Translations under genes and position numbers: made by a program | DNA from: Omnitrophica WOR_2 bacterium RIFCSPHIGHO2_02_FULL_50_17 | GTDB lineage: Bacteria > Omnitrophota > Gorgyraeia > Zapsychrales > Zapsychraceae | Assembly (NCBI GenBank): GCA_001805645.1 | Contig: MHGQ01000032.1 | Location: 64,267-128,266 of the forward strand | DNA: 64,000 nt | Direction: 5' to 3' | Notes under the pieces: generated by a model | The model's database searches: none | Told to the model about the DNA's origin: nothing | What the model saw: the letters and a program-made list of their open reading frames with translations, nothing else | In this document: positions 17,978 through 27,797 of the stretch, one piece after another | How positions within the stretch are numbered: the first letter of the stretch is position 1 | How the letters are laid out: every line of letters starts with the position of its first letter

Positions 17978-18726
17978 ACATGCCGTGAAGACATGTCTTT
18001 CGTGACAGGTAAATTCTTGTTAAGCCAATATTCCACCTGGGGGATTTGCCATTCATAATCCACATCGCACCCGGCTTCCTGTTTTAACGGATAAACCCTC
18101 TTGCCCATCCATCTTTGAGGCAATAACCCCTCATGAATGTTCTGGATACAGGACATTCGGACAATAGACAAAGCCATGTCGGCAAAATATACATCTCCCT
18201 GGGAATCTCTGTCACAATTTATTTTCTTGGGATCACCAAACGCTTCAAAGGGCACAAACGGCTGCAACAGACCTTCCGCGTTGATTCTTCTTGCCCTCAA
18301 AGGGCTCCACATATTGTAACGAGAGACAGAAACAGCGGAGTCATAGAAAGGATTTTCCCGTAAAACCCTGATTCCCTCATCGATCATTGAAGACAGGACG
18401 GTTGGGGCGTTACAATGCAATAACACAATTAATTCCTGGTCCCCGTTTTTCTCCGCGATCCACTTTGCGCCGTGAACAAAAACATCCTCTCCCAGTGCCT
18501 CATTGGTACACAGGTACGCCGGTCTCTCGATAACCGTCACCGCGTGTTTGCGGGCCAATTCCCTGAGATCATCATCGTCTGTGGACATAAAAACTTTATC
18601 CACATATTTAACTTTCAGGGCTGCATCCATAGGATAAAAAGCCATGGGCTTGCCTCTAAAAAGGAAAGTGTTCTTTTTAGGGAAGCCCACACTCCCCTTG
18701 CGTCCAATCAAAAGCGCTGAAATCAT
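17974..18726 (-). CDS. Acylneuraminate cytidylyltransferase-family protein (CMP-nonulosonic acid synthetase-like)
   Basis: N-terminal ALLIGRKGSVGFPKKN (variant of the IxARxGSKxxxxKN cytidylyltransferase motif); 250 aa. Confidence 0.7.
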   Translation of the reverse strand: MISALLIGRKGSVGFPKKNTFLFRGKPMAFYPMDAALKVKYVDKVFMSTDDDDLRELARKHAVTVIERPAYLCTNEALGEDVFVHGAKWIAEKNGDQELIVLLHCNAPTVLSSMIDEGIRVLRENPFYDSAVSVSRYNMWSPLRARRINAEGLLQPFVPFEAFGDPKKINCDRDSQGDVYFADMALSIVRMSCIQNIHEGLLPQRWMGKRVYPLKQEAGCDVDYEWQIPQVEYWLNKNLPVTKDMSSRHV

Positions 18727-20522
18727 GATTTCACCTCTAAAGAATCGAATTTTCGTTCTTTATATTGGGCATCACAATATGATCGATACTTGTTATTTAT
18801 ATTTATCAATTCATCGTGCGTGCCAACACCATTAACACGGCCGTGCTCTAAAACCACAATCTTGTCGACGTGACGGATTGTCGACAAGCGATGCGTCACC
18901 AGAATCGTCGTGAACTCCTGGCTGATTTCGTCTATGGACGCCTGGATCATCTGCTCAGAAACGACGTCGAGCGCGTTTGTGGCTTCATCAAAAATAAGAA
19001 TCTGGGGATGCTTGACGATCGCCCTGGCAATAGCGATTCTTTGCCGCTGCCCCCCCGACAATCTGGTCCCGCGCTCTCCAAGGATAGTTTCATAACCATC
19101 TTCAAAGCGAATGATCGTTTCATGGATCTGGGCTTTTTTAGCCGCGTCGATGACCTCTGCCCTGGAAGCGTCGAGATTGCCATAAAGAATATTATTATAG
19201 ACCGTATCGTTAAAGATAACCGTCTCTTGGTCCACCAATCCGATCATTTTGTGCCAGGAAGCCAAATTAAACTCTTTAAGGTCAATCCCGTTGACGCATA
19301 TTCTGCCGGAATCCGGAACATAGAGATGCAGCAACAGGTTAATAATCGATGATTTTCCGCTACCGGATGCCCCTACGATCGCAACACGCTCACCCTTTTT
19401 TACCAAAAATGAAACGTCCTTGAGAACCTCCCGTCCCGCTTTATAGGAAAAATATAAACTTTCCAGAGTGATGGCGGATTGCAATGCTTCTATCTTTCTA
19501 TTACCCGCCACGATCCTTGGTTTGTCCCTGTCTTCCAGCAGATCAAGGATCGCCTCTGCATTGGCCAGATTAACGCTGAGTTGATTACGGTTAACATTTA
19601 TTTTTGTCAATTTGGGGACCATTTTCATAAGCGCGAAAACATATATGAAAACATAGCTCCCGCTGACATGGTAAACCTCCACAGACAAAAGGATAATAAC
19701 GACGAACAAAAACGGGGCCAAAATGTTATCAAGCAGCGTCATCAATTCTTCATTGACAGTGGCTTTAATCTGAATATTCGAGAATCCTTTAGAAATATCA
19801 GAAAAATTGGCCCTCTCATGTTCTTCGCGGCTAAAGGATTTTATTAACCGGATCCCCTGAAGGCTTTCAACCAGCTTATTAAACTGTCTATTACCTGCCT
19901 CCAGCCATTGATGACCTATGCGTTTGGACCGTTGAATGAAAGCCATTGTCACTAAATATTTGATCAGTGCCACCCCCAGAACGACCAGGGAAATATGCCA
20001 GGAGACCAAAATCATAAAAAAGAGATATGCCGCCACGAGCAATGCGTCCGCCACGAGCTGGACCGCCCTGCCGATGGCGTACCCGACCGTATCAATCCGC
20101 TCTGTCATGATATTAATCAGATCACCTGTCTTGCGATCGGTGTAGTAAGCCAGCGAAGAGCCCATAAGATTCGTAAAACAACGATCACGGATGACCTTAC
20201 GGATCGGGAAAAACAGGTAAGCTGTCAACGTGTTCTGCGTAAAAATCAACAAAAATTGCAAAGTGGTCGATAAAAAGGTAACCGCCAACAAATTAAAAAG
20301 CGTGACTTCTATCCCCAGGAAATTTAAAGCCCGGACCACAACCATTACGGCTTGATTGCCGGCCGGCATATTAGGCCCATTTTGAATATATTCAATAACG
20401 GGGATAAACAAGGAAAGACTTACAAATTCCAGTATTGCGCATAAAAGGATAACGGTGACTAGCCACGCGCTGCGCCATGGATAAATCTTCAAATAATAAA
20501 GTAGTGCTGCGATTTTTCTCAT
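18723..20522 (-). CDS. ABC transporter, fused permease/ATP-binding protein (MsbA/PglK-like exporter)
   Basis: Six-TM N-terminal domain followed by Walker A GASGSGKSS, ABC signature LSGGQRQRIAIARAI, Walker B ILIFDEATNALD. Confidence 0.9.
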   Translation of the reverse strand: MRKIAALLYYLKIYPWRSAWLVTVILLCAILEFVSLSLFIPVIEYIQNGPNMPAGNQAVMVVVRALNFLGIEVTLFNLLAVTFLSTTLQFLLIFTQNTLTAYLFFPIRKVIRDRCFTNLMGSSLAYYTDRKTGDLINIMTERIDTVGYAIGRAVQLVADALLVAAYLFFMILVSWHISLVVLGVALIKYLVTMAFIQRSKRIGHQWLEAGNRQFNKLVESLQGIRLIKSFSREEHERANFSDISKGFSNIQIKATVNEELMTLLDNILAPFLFVVIILLSVEVYHVSGSYVFIYVFALMKMVPKLTKINVNRNQLSVNLANAEAILDLLEDRDKPRIVAGNRKIEALQSAITLESLYFSYKAGREVLKDVSFLVKKGERVAIVGASGSGKSSIINLLLHLYVPDSGRICVNGIDLKEFNLASWHKMIGLVDQETVIFNDTVYNNILYGNLDASRAEVIDAAKKAQIHETIIRFEDGYETILGERGTRLSGGQRQRIAIARAIVKHPQILIFDEATNALDVVSEQMIQASIDEISQEFTTILVTHRLSTIRHVDKIVVLEHGRVNGVGTHDELININNKYRSYCDAQYKERKFDSLEVKS

Positions 20523-21280
20523 TATGCGACCTTTGTGCGTGAATTATTCTTTTGTTGCATGAGAAATTCTGCCGATCGAAAATCTTCAAGAGTATCAATA
20601 TCAATACTAGTTTTTTTATCCATCGAATATGGTAGCGACCTTCGCCCATAAAAATCCTTTTGCTCCACGATCACATCCCTTCGTGTGATATATATAGCGC
20701 CGTTTATGGCAAAGATCTTAGATCCCTTCCTTGTTTTTAAACCTTCCTTCCGCAAAACCATATCGCCAAGAGAACCGTCCCTTTTCAAATACCTTAAATT
20801 ATAAAATAAATGGTGTAACTGCACAACGGACACCACAGAATCGCATCGATGTCTTAAAGCCTTAGTGATCGCCTCATCCAGATGCCGCCACGTTCTCAAT
20901 GGAGATGTTGGCTGCAACAAAATAACATAATCGTATTTTTTCTTCGTTTCACTCTCCATATAAGATAAGGCATGCAAAACAACATCCATACTGTTCGCTT
21001 TATCCGAAGCCAATTTTGGGGGACGCAAAAACGGGACCAGACAATCGTTAACCCGCGCTATCCTCGCAATTTCTTTATCATCCGTGGAACACACCAAATC
21101 AAAATTTTTACAATACCGGGATTTTCTGGCCGCATCAATGGTATATTCAATCAACGGCCTGCCGCCCAATTGCATATGATTCTTTCCCTGAAGTCTCTTC
21201 GAACCGCCCCGGGCCGGGACTATAACCAGAAATTTCAAATAACCTCTAATTCCTCCGCGACTGCGTGCCTTAATACCCAC
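20522..21280 (-). CDS. Acylneuraminate cytidylyltransferase (CMP-nonulosonic acid synthetase)
   Basis: VIVPARGGSKRLQGKN motif and CMP-NeuAc-synthetase-like length and composition. Confidence 0.8.
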   Translation of the reverse strand: MGIKARSRGGIRGYLKFLVIVPARGGSKRLQGKNHMQLGGRPLIEYTIDAARKSRYCKNFDLVCSTDDKEIARIARVNDCLVPFLRPPKLASDKANSMDVVLHALSYMESETKKKYDYVILLQPTSPLRTWRHLDEAITKALRHRCDSVVSVVQLHHLFYNLRYLKRDGSLGDMVLRKEGLKTRKGSKIFAINGAIYITRRDVIVEQKDFYGRRSLPYSMDKKTSIDIDTLEDFRSAEFLMQQKNNSRTKVA

Positions 21281-22452
21281 CGATTATTCTCCTTTTTCCA
21301 AAGGTGCGGAGACCGCGCGTTATCGACAACCTCCCAAAATCTCTCCTCGCTTATGTTCATATATTCCAAAAATTGTTTAAAATACTTCTCAGGGAATTCG
21401 CCGTCATATTTTCGAACTAAAGCAACGCCTTCCTCCCGAGCGATCTTTCCGTTCCTTATTTCTTGGGCCGCGTCATAAGTAGCCCTGCCAATACCGAATT
21501 TGATATAAGTCGTATAAAAATGAAAGGGGATTAAAATATCGTCTATCTCGGTATATTTGGAATAAGTCCCTATCGATCTTTCCGGGGCGGCCTGAAACCC
21601 GGTATGTTCGGACGCATAATAATACATCTCCTGGGGATCCCAGCGCTCATAAAAACCCAGATAATGAACTTGAATGTTACGAGACCTCAAATCATCCGCT
21701 TTAGGCGGAATGTAAGGAGCAAAGTCCTTAAGGCTGAATCCATATTTTTCTATAATATCTCTTACCGCCATGCCCCCCATAACCATTTCCAAAGGGTTAT
21801 CTACGCTAAAAAAAGAATAATCCATTGTGTTCCGGAGATTGTCCCTGATGTCATTACCATATTCAGCCTGATTTTCTCCATACATGACCAAACTGACGCC
21901 GAATTTCAATGCCATCGATGGCCCGATGATCTTCTGCCCATGGATAAACGGCTGAAAAGGATGACACAAATTCTCAAAAGCCAGTCGCGTCAAAAGCCTG
22001 TGCAAATCACCATTGGGAGTGTATAAAATGCTATCGACTCCTCCCGTGCGGGACAAATTGTTGAAGTTTCTCCAACCGACTTCGGTGTAAATATGGGGTG
22101 CCCACGTCACCGCCAAGGGATTCATCTTGTATTTTGTTTTTACACAATGGGTGGTAAATGAACTATCCTTTCCACCGCTGCTAGGCACGATCACATCATA
22201 GGTTCCATCACTCTTGCGATAGCGATCCAGAAATTCAAACAACGCTTCCTGCCTCCTTTGATAATCAATCTCTTTCTTCTGCCGATTATATTGACAGGCG
22301 GAACAAATCCCTTCCTCATTAAATTGAATAGTTTCTTTCTTAAGATTTTTGTTGGTAAATTCAACCGTGGAACCCGGCCTTTGGTTGGATATAACGCACT
22401 CGCGGCAAAATACGACCTTATCCGGTAACCCGTAATACGCCTTATACTCCAT
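21235..22452 (-). CDS. N-acetyl sugar amidotransferase (WbuX/PseA/WbpG-type PP-loop ATPase)
   Basis: PP-loop VPSSGGKDSS; N-terminal Cys pairs (CRECV…CSACQ); family that converts N-acetyl to N-acetimidoyl on sugars. Probable start MEYKAYYG at 22452. Confidence 0.75.
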   Translation of the reverse strand: MEYKAYYGLPDKVVFCRECVISNQRPGSTVEFTNKNLKKETIQFNEEGICSACQYNRQKKEIDYQRRQEALFEFLDRYRKSDGTYDVIVPSSGGKDSSFTTHCVKTKYKMNPLAVTWAPHIYTEVGWRNFNNLSRTGGVDSILYTPNGDLHRLLTRLAFENLCHPFQPFIHGQKIIGPSMALKFGVSLVMYGENQAEYGNDIRDNLRNTMDYSFFSVDNPLEMVMGGMAVRDIIEKYGFSLKDFAPYIPPKADDLRSRNIQVHYLGFYERWDPQEMYYYASEHTGFQAAPERSIGTYSKYTEIDDILIPFHFYTTYIKFGIGRATYDAAQEIRNGKIAREEGVALVRKYDGEFPEKYFKQFLEYMNISEERFWEVVDNARSPHLWKKENNRWVLRHAVAEELEVI

Positions 22453-23410
22453 AAGCCAACTCCTTATAAACTTTCTCACTCTTTCCACCGAGCATATCAT
22501 TCATGTCCACCCGTTTTAGCATCATGTTCCTATACATTATGTCATTTATCGTATTAATCCCCCGAAACATTGTCACTCCAGAAATCATTCCCAAATCCCT
22601 GCATATTTTCCCGATGTTCTCAGTCACGGCCGTGTAACCTCCGTAAGGATAACTAACCGACGATACCCTTTTACCTGTCAGGGAAAAAATAACATCCATG
22701 GAATTCTTTAAATCGTTTCTGATCGCATCTTCACTTAAAATACTCAGTACTTTGTGCTGTTGGGAATGGGTGCCCAAATATCCCCTCTGCGCCAGATCGA
22801 TGATCTGGTCTTGGTCCATGTACAAATCATTGGCGTAAGCAGATTCATCATTCGGATAGGCCATCTGAAACAAATAATTAACGACCCGGACCTGCTGCTC
22901 TTGCGCCAGCTGAAAATTGAGCAGATACTTTAACCTTGCGCTTGAAGGCGAATCCCACGGATATTGCTCCATGAGAACATCTTCTGCAACGGCGGTTCCC
23001 GGCAGATCAAATTTCTCCGTTATAAACCCCCATATTTCATCATCACTCATCATCTTGCGTGCGTAATGGAATTTATGCACAGGCAAAACTTTCTGTTCAA
23101 CAATCGGGTCCGTCACAATATAAAATACCGCCGGAATGCCCTTGCGATCCAAAACGTCCACTCCATGGACATAGGATTCCTTCAACCCATCATCAAAAGT
23201 TACCAAACAGGCCTTGTGCGACAAAAAATCCATGTTCTTCCGACAAATTGCCCTGTGTAAATCCTCAAGAGATATGAATTGGTATCCTTCCCCGGCGATA
23301 AGGTCTAATTGCTTCGAGAATCCCTCAATGGAAATCGCATGGATCCCATTGTCACATTGCTCTGCGCGAATGTAATGATAATTCACAATGACTATGGTTT
23401 TCCCGAACAT
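22442..23410 (-). CDS. Polysaccharide deacetylase family (NodB-homology domain) protein
   Basis: LVTFDDGLKESY (TFDDG motif), later SYPYGGY region. Confidence 0.8.
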   Translation of the reverse strand: MFGKTIVIVNYHYIRAEQCDNGIHAISIEGFSKQLDLIAGEGYQFISLEDLHRAICRKNMDFLSHKACLVTFDDGLKESYVHGVDVLDRKGIPAVFYIVTDPIVEQKVLPVHKFHYARKMMSDDEIWGFITEKFDLPGTAVAEDVLMEQYPWDSPSSARLKYLLNFQLAQEQQVRVVNYLFQMAYPNDESAYANDLYMDQDQIIDLAQRGYLGTHSQQHKVLSILSEDAIRNDLKNSMDVIFSLTGKRVSSVSYPYGGYTAVTENIGKICRDLGMISGVTMFRGINTINDIMYRNMMLKRVDMNDMLGGKSEKVYKELAYGV

Positions 23411-23442
23411 TTGAAGACCCCGTCAATATTATCGATATCATC

Positions 23443-24168
23443 CTACTTTAAACCATTCCCATATTTATTCAAAACTTTTTGTAAAACTTCTTCCGTAAAC
23501 TGATCTTTTCGATAGGTCCGCGAATGCGCGCCCGGCTTCTGCGGCACCGGAACAATCGCCGCTTGATCGTATGCCCTGACAAGCCGGGGAAAATGGTCTA
23601 TAGCCTTACGAATGATTTTATTGGTGATGTCATAATAATTATCCCCAATATCAATATCCGGCTTTATTTGCCCCAGAATCGCCCCCGCATCCACCTGGCC
23701 TGTGGCAATATGAATCGTCACACCTAAATGCCTCAGGTCATCGTTGGCAAAAGGCCAAAACAATGTTGCCGTTCCCTTATAATCGGGAGAAAGCCCCAGA
23801 TGCAGATTAATAATCTTATCAGAATACAGTGCCAGCCATTTGTCATTCAAAATTCCCGTGCCAAACAAAAAAACATATTGGGGATTTTTCTGCTGTATCC
23901 ATCGTATAACCTGTTCGTCATTTATTTGTTTCACGGCAACTTCCATCAAGGGACATTGCGGGAAACCGCCGTAGCTGCCAAAATATTTTCGTTCATATCT
24001 TTCCAGCCGCCGGAAATGCTCCTGGACCAGCAAGCTCTTTTGCTGCTGGAAAGAAAAATAATCGAATTTCGGTTCCGCGACAAGCCCAACGAGCTCAAAA
24101 TTCTCACTTATAACATTGGCAAAATATCGATGTCGCAAGGAATTGCTTGTCAGCACCACCGCCTTCAT
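23443..24168 (-). CDS. Formyltransferase-family protein (Fmt/PurN-like N-domain); candidate sugar N-formyltransferase
   Basis: INLHLGLSPDYKGTATLFWPF resembles the N10-formyl-THF binding HxSLLP…G motif of formyltransferases; 241 aa. Confidence 0.65.
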   Translation of the reverse strand: MKAVVLTSNSLRHRYFANVISENFELVGLVAEPKFDYFSFQQQKSLLVQEHFRRLERYERKYFGSYGGFPQCPLMEVAVKQINDEQVIRWIQQKNPQYVFLFGTGILNDKWLALYSDKIINLHLGLSPDYKGTATLFWPFANDDLRHLGVTIHIATGQVDAGAILGQIKPDIDIGDNYYDITNKIIRKAIDHFPRLVRAYDQAAIVPVPQKPGAHSRTYRKDQFTEEVLQKVLNKYGNGLK

Positions 24169-25634
24169 CGCCTGGCCCCCTCTATGCTAAGACGCAAAAA
24201 TTCTTTGAGAAGATATAGCCCTATGCCGCCGCTTTTCTCAGGATGGAACTGACAACCATACACATTGTCTTTAGCGACGAGCGAACAAAACTCCTGCCCG
24301 CCATAAGAGGTCGTCGCCAAAACATATTCTTCCCGTACAGGCTTTACATAATAAGAATGCACAAAGTAAGCCTCGAAATCATGAATTTTTCCATCAAAGA
24401 GAATATCTTCGGCCCGGCGATTTAAGGCAACTTTATTCCAGCCAACGTGTGGGACCTTAAACGGCTGCTTTAACAGCAAGGGGCCTTCTTCGAATCTTAA
24501 AACCTCGCCCTCGATAATTCCTAAACCTGTGTGTTCCCCAAATTCATAACTTTTTGTCATCAATAACTGCATTCCCAAACAGATCCCCAAAAGAAATTTG
24601 CCTTCGCCGACATAATCAATGATGGCTTGGTCTAAATGAGCCGACCGCAAATTCCTGATACCCTCTTCAAAAGAACCGACGCCCGGCAATATCAGATGTT
24701 TTGCTTTGCCAATTTCCTCTGGGGAACTGATCAGATTGACTTTAACTCCCAATTCTTCAAATGCGTTCTTGATGCTTCGGATGTTCCCCAATCCATAATC
24801 AAGAATGGAGACTTGCTCAACGGCAGTCGCAGACTCACGGACCACATACTGACTGGTGCTATGAATTTTCTCCGGATATCGGCGCCCCAATTCTTTTTTT
24901 ATCTGTTGGACGGTCACAGTGTCGTAATGAAGAAGATTGGCCAACGCGACCCCCTCCAAACGATCATTTGCCAGACATTCCTGAAGGTGTTCGATCCTGC
25001 CCGCCCCTCCCGACGCGGTGACCGGCACCGAAACTGCCGCTGTTGTCGCGTTGATCAAATCCATATCATACCCTGTTTTTGTCCCCTCTTTATCGACAGA
25101 GGTAATAAGAATTTCCCCAACCCCAAAATCCACGGCTTTCTTGGCCCATGCGATCACATCCAATCCCGTTCGTTCGCGTCCGTTATCGATATACGCTTCC
25201 CATTTCCCTTCGGCGATTTTCTTTGCCTCGATGGATAAAACGATCGTTGATGACCCGAATTTTCTGGATGCCTCACGTAAGAACTCGGGGTTTTTAACCG
25301 CCGCCGTATTGATGGCAACTTTGTCGGCTCCGGAACGCAGAATTTTGGTGATATCATCAATAGTCCTTATGCCGCCACCCACCGTTAGCGGGATAGATAT
25401 TCCCTTTTGGGTCGTCTCCTCGATAATATGGGTAAGATTGTTTCGATTGTAAAGACTGGCAACGATATCAATATACAATAATTCATCCGCCCCTTGCTCA
25501 TAATACTTCTTAGCCATGGCAAAAGGATTGCCCACGACCCTGAGGCCTTCGAATTGGATACCCTTGACAACATTGGGCCCTTTAATATCCAGCCGCGGTA
25601 TAATTCTGATTTTTTTCATATCTTCGACTTTCAA
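24165..25634 (-). CDS. Fused imidazole-glycerol-phosphate-synthase-like protein: HisF-like cyclase domain (N) + HisH-like glutamine amidotransferase domain (C) (WbuZ/WbuY-type)
   Basis: N-terminal IIPRLDIKG…TVGGGIRT (HisF barrel); C-terminal ILDYGLGNIRSIKNAFEELG…GICLGMQLL…FHPE (class I GATase Cys-His-Glu). Confidence 0.85.
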   Translation of the reverse strand: MKVEDMKKIRIIPRLDIKGPNVVKGIQFEGLRVVGNPFAMAKKYYEQGADELLYIDIVASLYNRNNLTHIIEETTQKGISIPLTVGGGIRTIDDITKILRSGADKVAINTAAVKNPEFLREASRKFGSSTIVLSIEAKKIAEGKWEAYIDNGRERTGLDVIAWAKKAVDFGVGEILITSVDKEGTKTGYDMDLINATTAAVSVPVTASGGAGRIEHLQECLANDRLEGVALANLLHYDTVTVQQIKKELGRRYPEKIHSTSQYVVRESATAVEQVSILDYGLGNIRSIKNAFEELGVKVNLISSPEEIGKAKHLILPGVGSFEEGIRNLRSAHLDQAIIDYVGEGKFLLGICLGMQLLMTKSYEFGEHTGLGIIEGEVLRFEEGPLLLKQPFKVPHVGWNKVALNRRAEDILFDGKIHDFEAYFVHSYYVKPVREEYVLATTSYGGQEFCSLVAKDNVYGCQFHPEKSGGIGLYLLKEFLRLSIEGARR

Positions 25635-26818
25635 TAAGTCATTTTCTTCTGCAAAAGTTTCAGGTCAATAGGGATAATGGCTAAAACTTCGGCTATTTTC
25701 TTTCCCGCATCGCCGTCCCCATAAGGATTCTCGCAATTCCGGCATTGTTTTCTAAAAACCTCATCATAGATGCATTTTCTTACCGCGTGGTAAATACCAT
25801 CTTCATCATAATCTGCGTCAATCACATTATTGGCGCGCAACCGTCCTTTTTGCCGATTACCTATATTGACGGTCGGACAGCCGAAGGCCGGCGTCTCTTT
25901 GATCCCGCTGGAAGAATTACCCACACAAGCGCCTTTGCCTCCATTGGCACAATGAGCCAAAAATCCGTGATAATTATATCGGCCGAGGCTGGCATAAACC
26001 TGAATGTTTTTCTTCCCTTTCGCATCGACCCTTTTTAGTTTCTCAATGATCAGACTACTACCCGCATCATTATTGGGGAAAGTCATAATGACCTGGACCC
26101 CTTCTTCCGCGAGTCTGGTAAGAGCACTGATGGCTGGATTGATCTGGTCTCCGGCGTCCCCAAATTCGGTCGCGATAGAATGCTGCGTATAAACAATCAA
26201 AGGATTTTTCAGATCTATTTTATATTTCTTGCTTAACTCCTCCGCCTTGGCAAAGTTCCCCTGGGAAATCAGGTCAATGGCCGGGAACCCGACAGTGTGT
26301 ATACGCCAGGGCTCTTCCCCCATTCTGCGGATCCTTTCAGAGGCCTCTTCGTTCGTCGTAAAATGCAAATGAGCAAGCTTTGTCATGGCATGACGCACCG
26401 AATCATCCAGGGCGCCGCCCTCAGTGATGTCTCCTCCCTCAATATGAGCCGTCGGTATTCCCATTTGAGTTCCCGTAACTACGGCCGCAAATCCTTCGAA
26501 CCGATCGGCGTAGACAACGAGAAAATCCGGCCTTAAATCCTTTAAAATGACACTTAAATTGGAAATACCCGAGCCAATGGCTTGCGCGGTCCCAAACAGG
26601 TCGTCACTATCCGTTTGGAGTTTAACCTCACGAAACACCTTAAAGCCGTCAGCCTCAATTTCTTTGACCGTATAACCGAAGTCTTCCTGCAAATGCGCGC
26701 CGGAAACAAGTAAGAAATATTCCAGATCAGAGCGAGCGTCGATGGCCTTGATGATAGGATATTGCAGGCCGTATTCAGCCCGGTTGCCGGTAAAAATAGC
26801 AATTTTACGTTTGGGCAT
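25631..26818 (-). CDS. UDP-N-acetylglucosamine 2-epimerase, hydrolysing type (NeuC/LegG-like)
   Basis: KIAIFTGNRAEYGLQYPII N-terminus and overall NeuC-like composition; probable start MPKRK at 26818. Confidence 0.8.
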   Translation of the reverse strand: MPKRKIAIFTGNRAEYGLQYPIIKAIDARSDLEYFLLVSGAHLQEDFGYTVKEIEADGFKVFREVKLQTDSDDLFGTAQAIGSGISNLSVILKDLRPDFLVVYADRFEGFAAVVTGTQMGIPTAHIEGGDITEGGALDDSVRHAMTKLAHLHFTTNEEASERIRRMGEEPWRIHTVGFPAIDLISQGNFAKAEELSKKYKIDLKNPLIVYTQHSIATEFGDAGDQINPAISALTRLAEEGVQVIMTFPNNDAGSSLIIEKLKRVDAKGKKNIQVYASLGRYNYHGFLAHCANGGKGACVGNSSSGIKETPAFGCPTVNIGNRQKGRLRANNVIDADYDEDGIYHAVRKCIYDEVFRKQCRNCENPYGDGDAGKKIAEVLAIIPIDLKLLQKKMTY

Positions 26819-27797
26819 ACTTGATATCCCCCGATTGCAATAAAGTCTTCCTGATGCCCTCAACAATATCTATGGATGGTTTCCACCGCAATCTTTGATA
26901 CAATCGCTGATTGGACAAGACCAGAACCGATTTCTTACCCGCTTCATTATCGCATTTGACCGCCTCCGGCGGCCAATCTTTCAGCCGGCAAAAAGTTCGC
27001 GCCAACTCTCCAACGGACGTCCCATTTCCCGTCGACAAATTAAAAATTGCGCATCCTTTTTCTTCGCCATAGAGCAAAGACCTTGCAAAAGTTTCAATGA
27101 CATCTTCGATAAATATAAAATCCCTTACCGGTTGCAAATTATGCAAGAACACAGAATTCTTGAACTTCGCCTGATCGAGCATTGTCCCGAATATTGTATT
27201 TTTCTTCGAATCCAGCCCATAAATATTGCTAATCCGAAAAATATCGCAACTTAAGTCGGCAAACCTTGCGTATCCTTTAATGGCCTCTTCCGCCAATACT
27301 TTTGTCAAGGGATATACCCCTTCTGGATTTAAGGCAAATCCTTCTTCAATCGGCTGGTCATATGAGGTGCCATAAACATAAGCCGTTGAAGGATAAATAA
27401 TTCTTCGAATTTTATTTTTAACACAGGCCTCCAGTAAATTAGTTGTCAAAACAACGTTCTGTTCAACGGCGGCCGTTGGGTCGATTTCGCACTGGTTCGC
27501 GTCGCTCATGCCAGCCAAATGAAACACCGCGGCTTTAGGGCGGGGGATCTGCGACAATTGCCTCAAAGCTCGATCGACCACCTTGAGGTCCATCATGTTA
27601 CCATTGATCAGGCAGTCCTTTTCCAGAACCTCTGACGCGCCAGAAACATCCAGCCCTATGACCATGGCTCCAGCTTCCTGCAACCGCTTGGTCAATCTTC
27701 GCCCTATGACCCCTAACGCCCCCGTGACCAGGACTTTATATTCTTTAAGATCAATGCTCAACGATGTCCTCCGGACTAAGTTGGCTATCACGCGCAA
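26805..27797 (-). CDS. NAD-dependent epimerase/dehydratase (extended SDR)
   Basis: KVLVTGALGVIGRRL Rossmann motif, YPLTK (YxxxK). Confidence 0.75.
   Translation of the reverse strand: MRVIANLVRRTSLSIDLKEYKVLVTGALGVIGRRLTKRLQEAGAMVIGLDVSGASEVLEKDCLINGNMMDLKVVDRALRQLSQIPRPKAAVFHLAGMSDANQCEIDPTAAVEQNVVLTTNLLEACVKNKIRRIIYPSTAYVYGTSYDQPIEEGFALNPEGVYPLTKVLAEEAIKGYARFADLSCDIFRISNIYGLDSKKNTIFGTMLDQAKFKNSVFLHNLQPVRDFIFIEDVIETFARSLLYGEEKGCAIFNLSTGNGTSVGELARTFCRLKDWPPEAVKCDNEAGKKSVLVLSNQRLYQRLRWKPSIDIVEGIRKTLLQSGDIKYAQT

Noticed and set aside
15781-20522. Possible RiPP/bacteriocin cluster (SPASM radical SAM + methyltransferase + ABC exporter)
   Set aside because: No small precursor-peptide ORF is present. 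The ABC transporter has no N-terminal C39 peptidase domain. The genes are interleaved with CMP-sugar synthetases. The context fits glycan tailoring and export instead.
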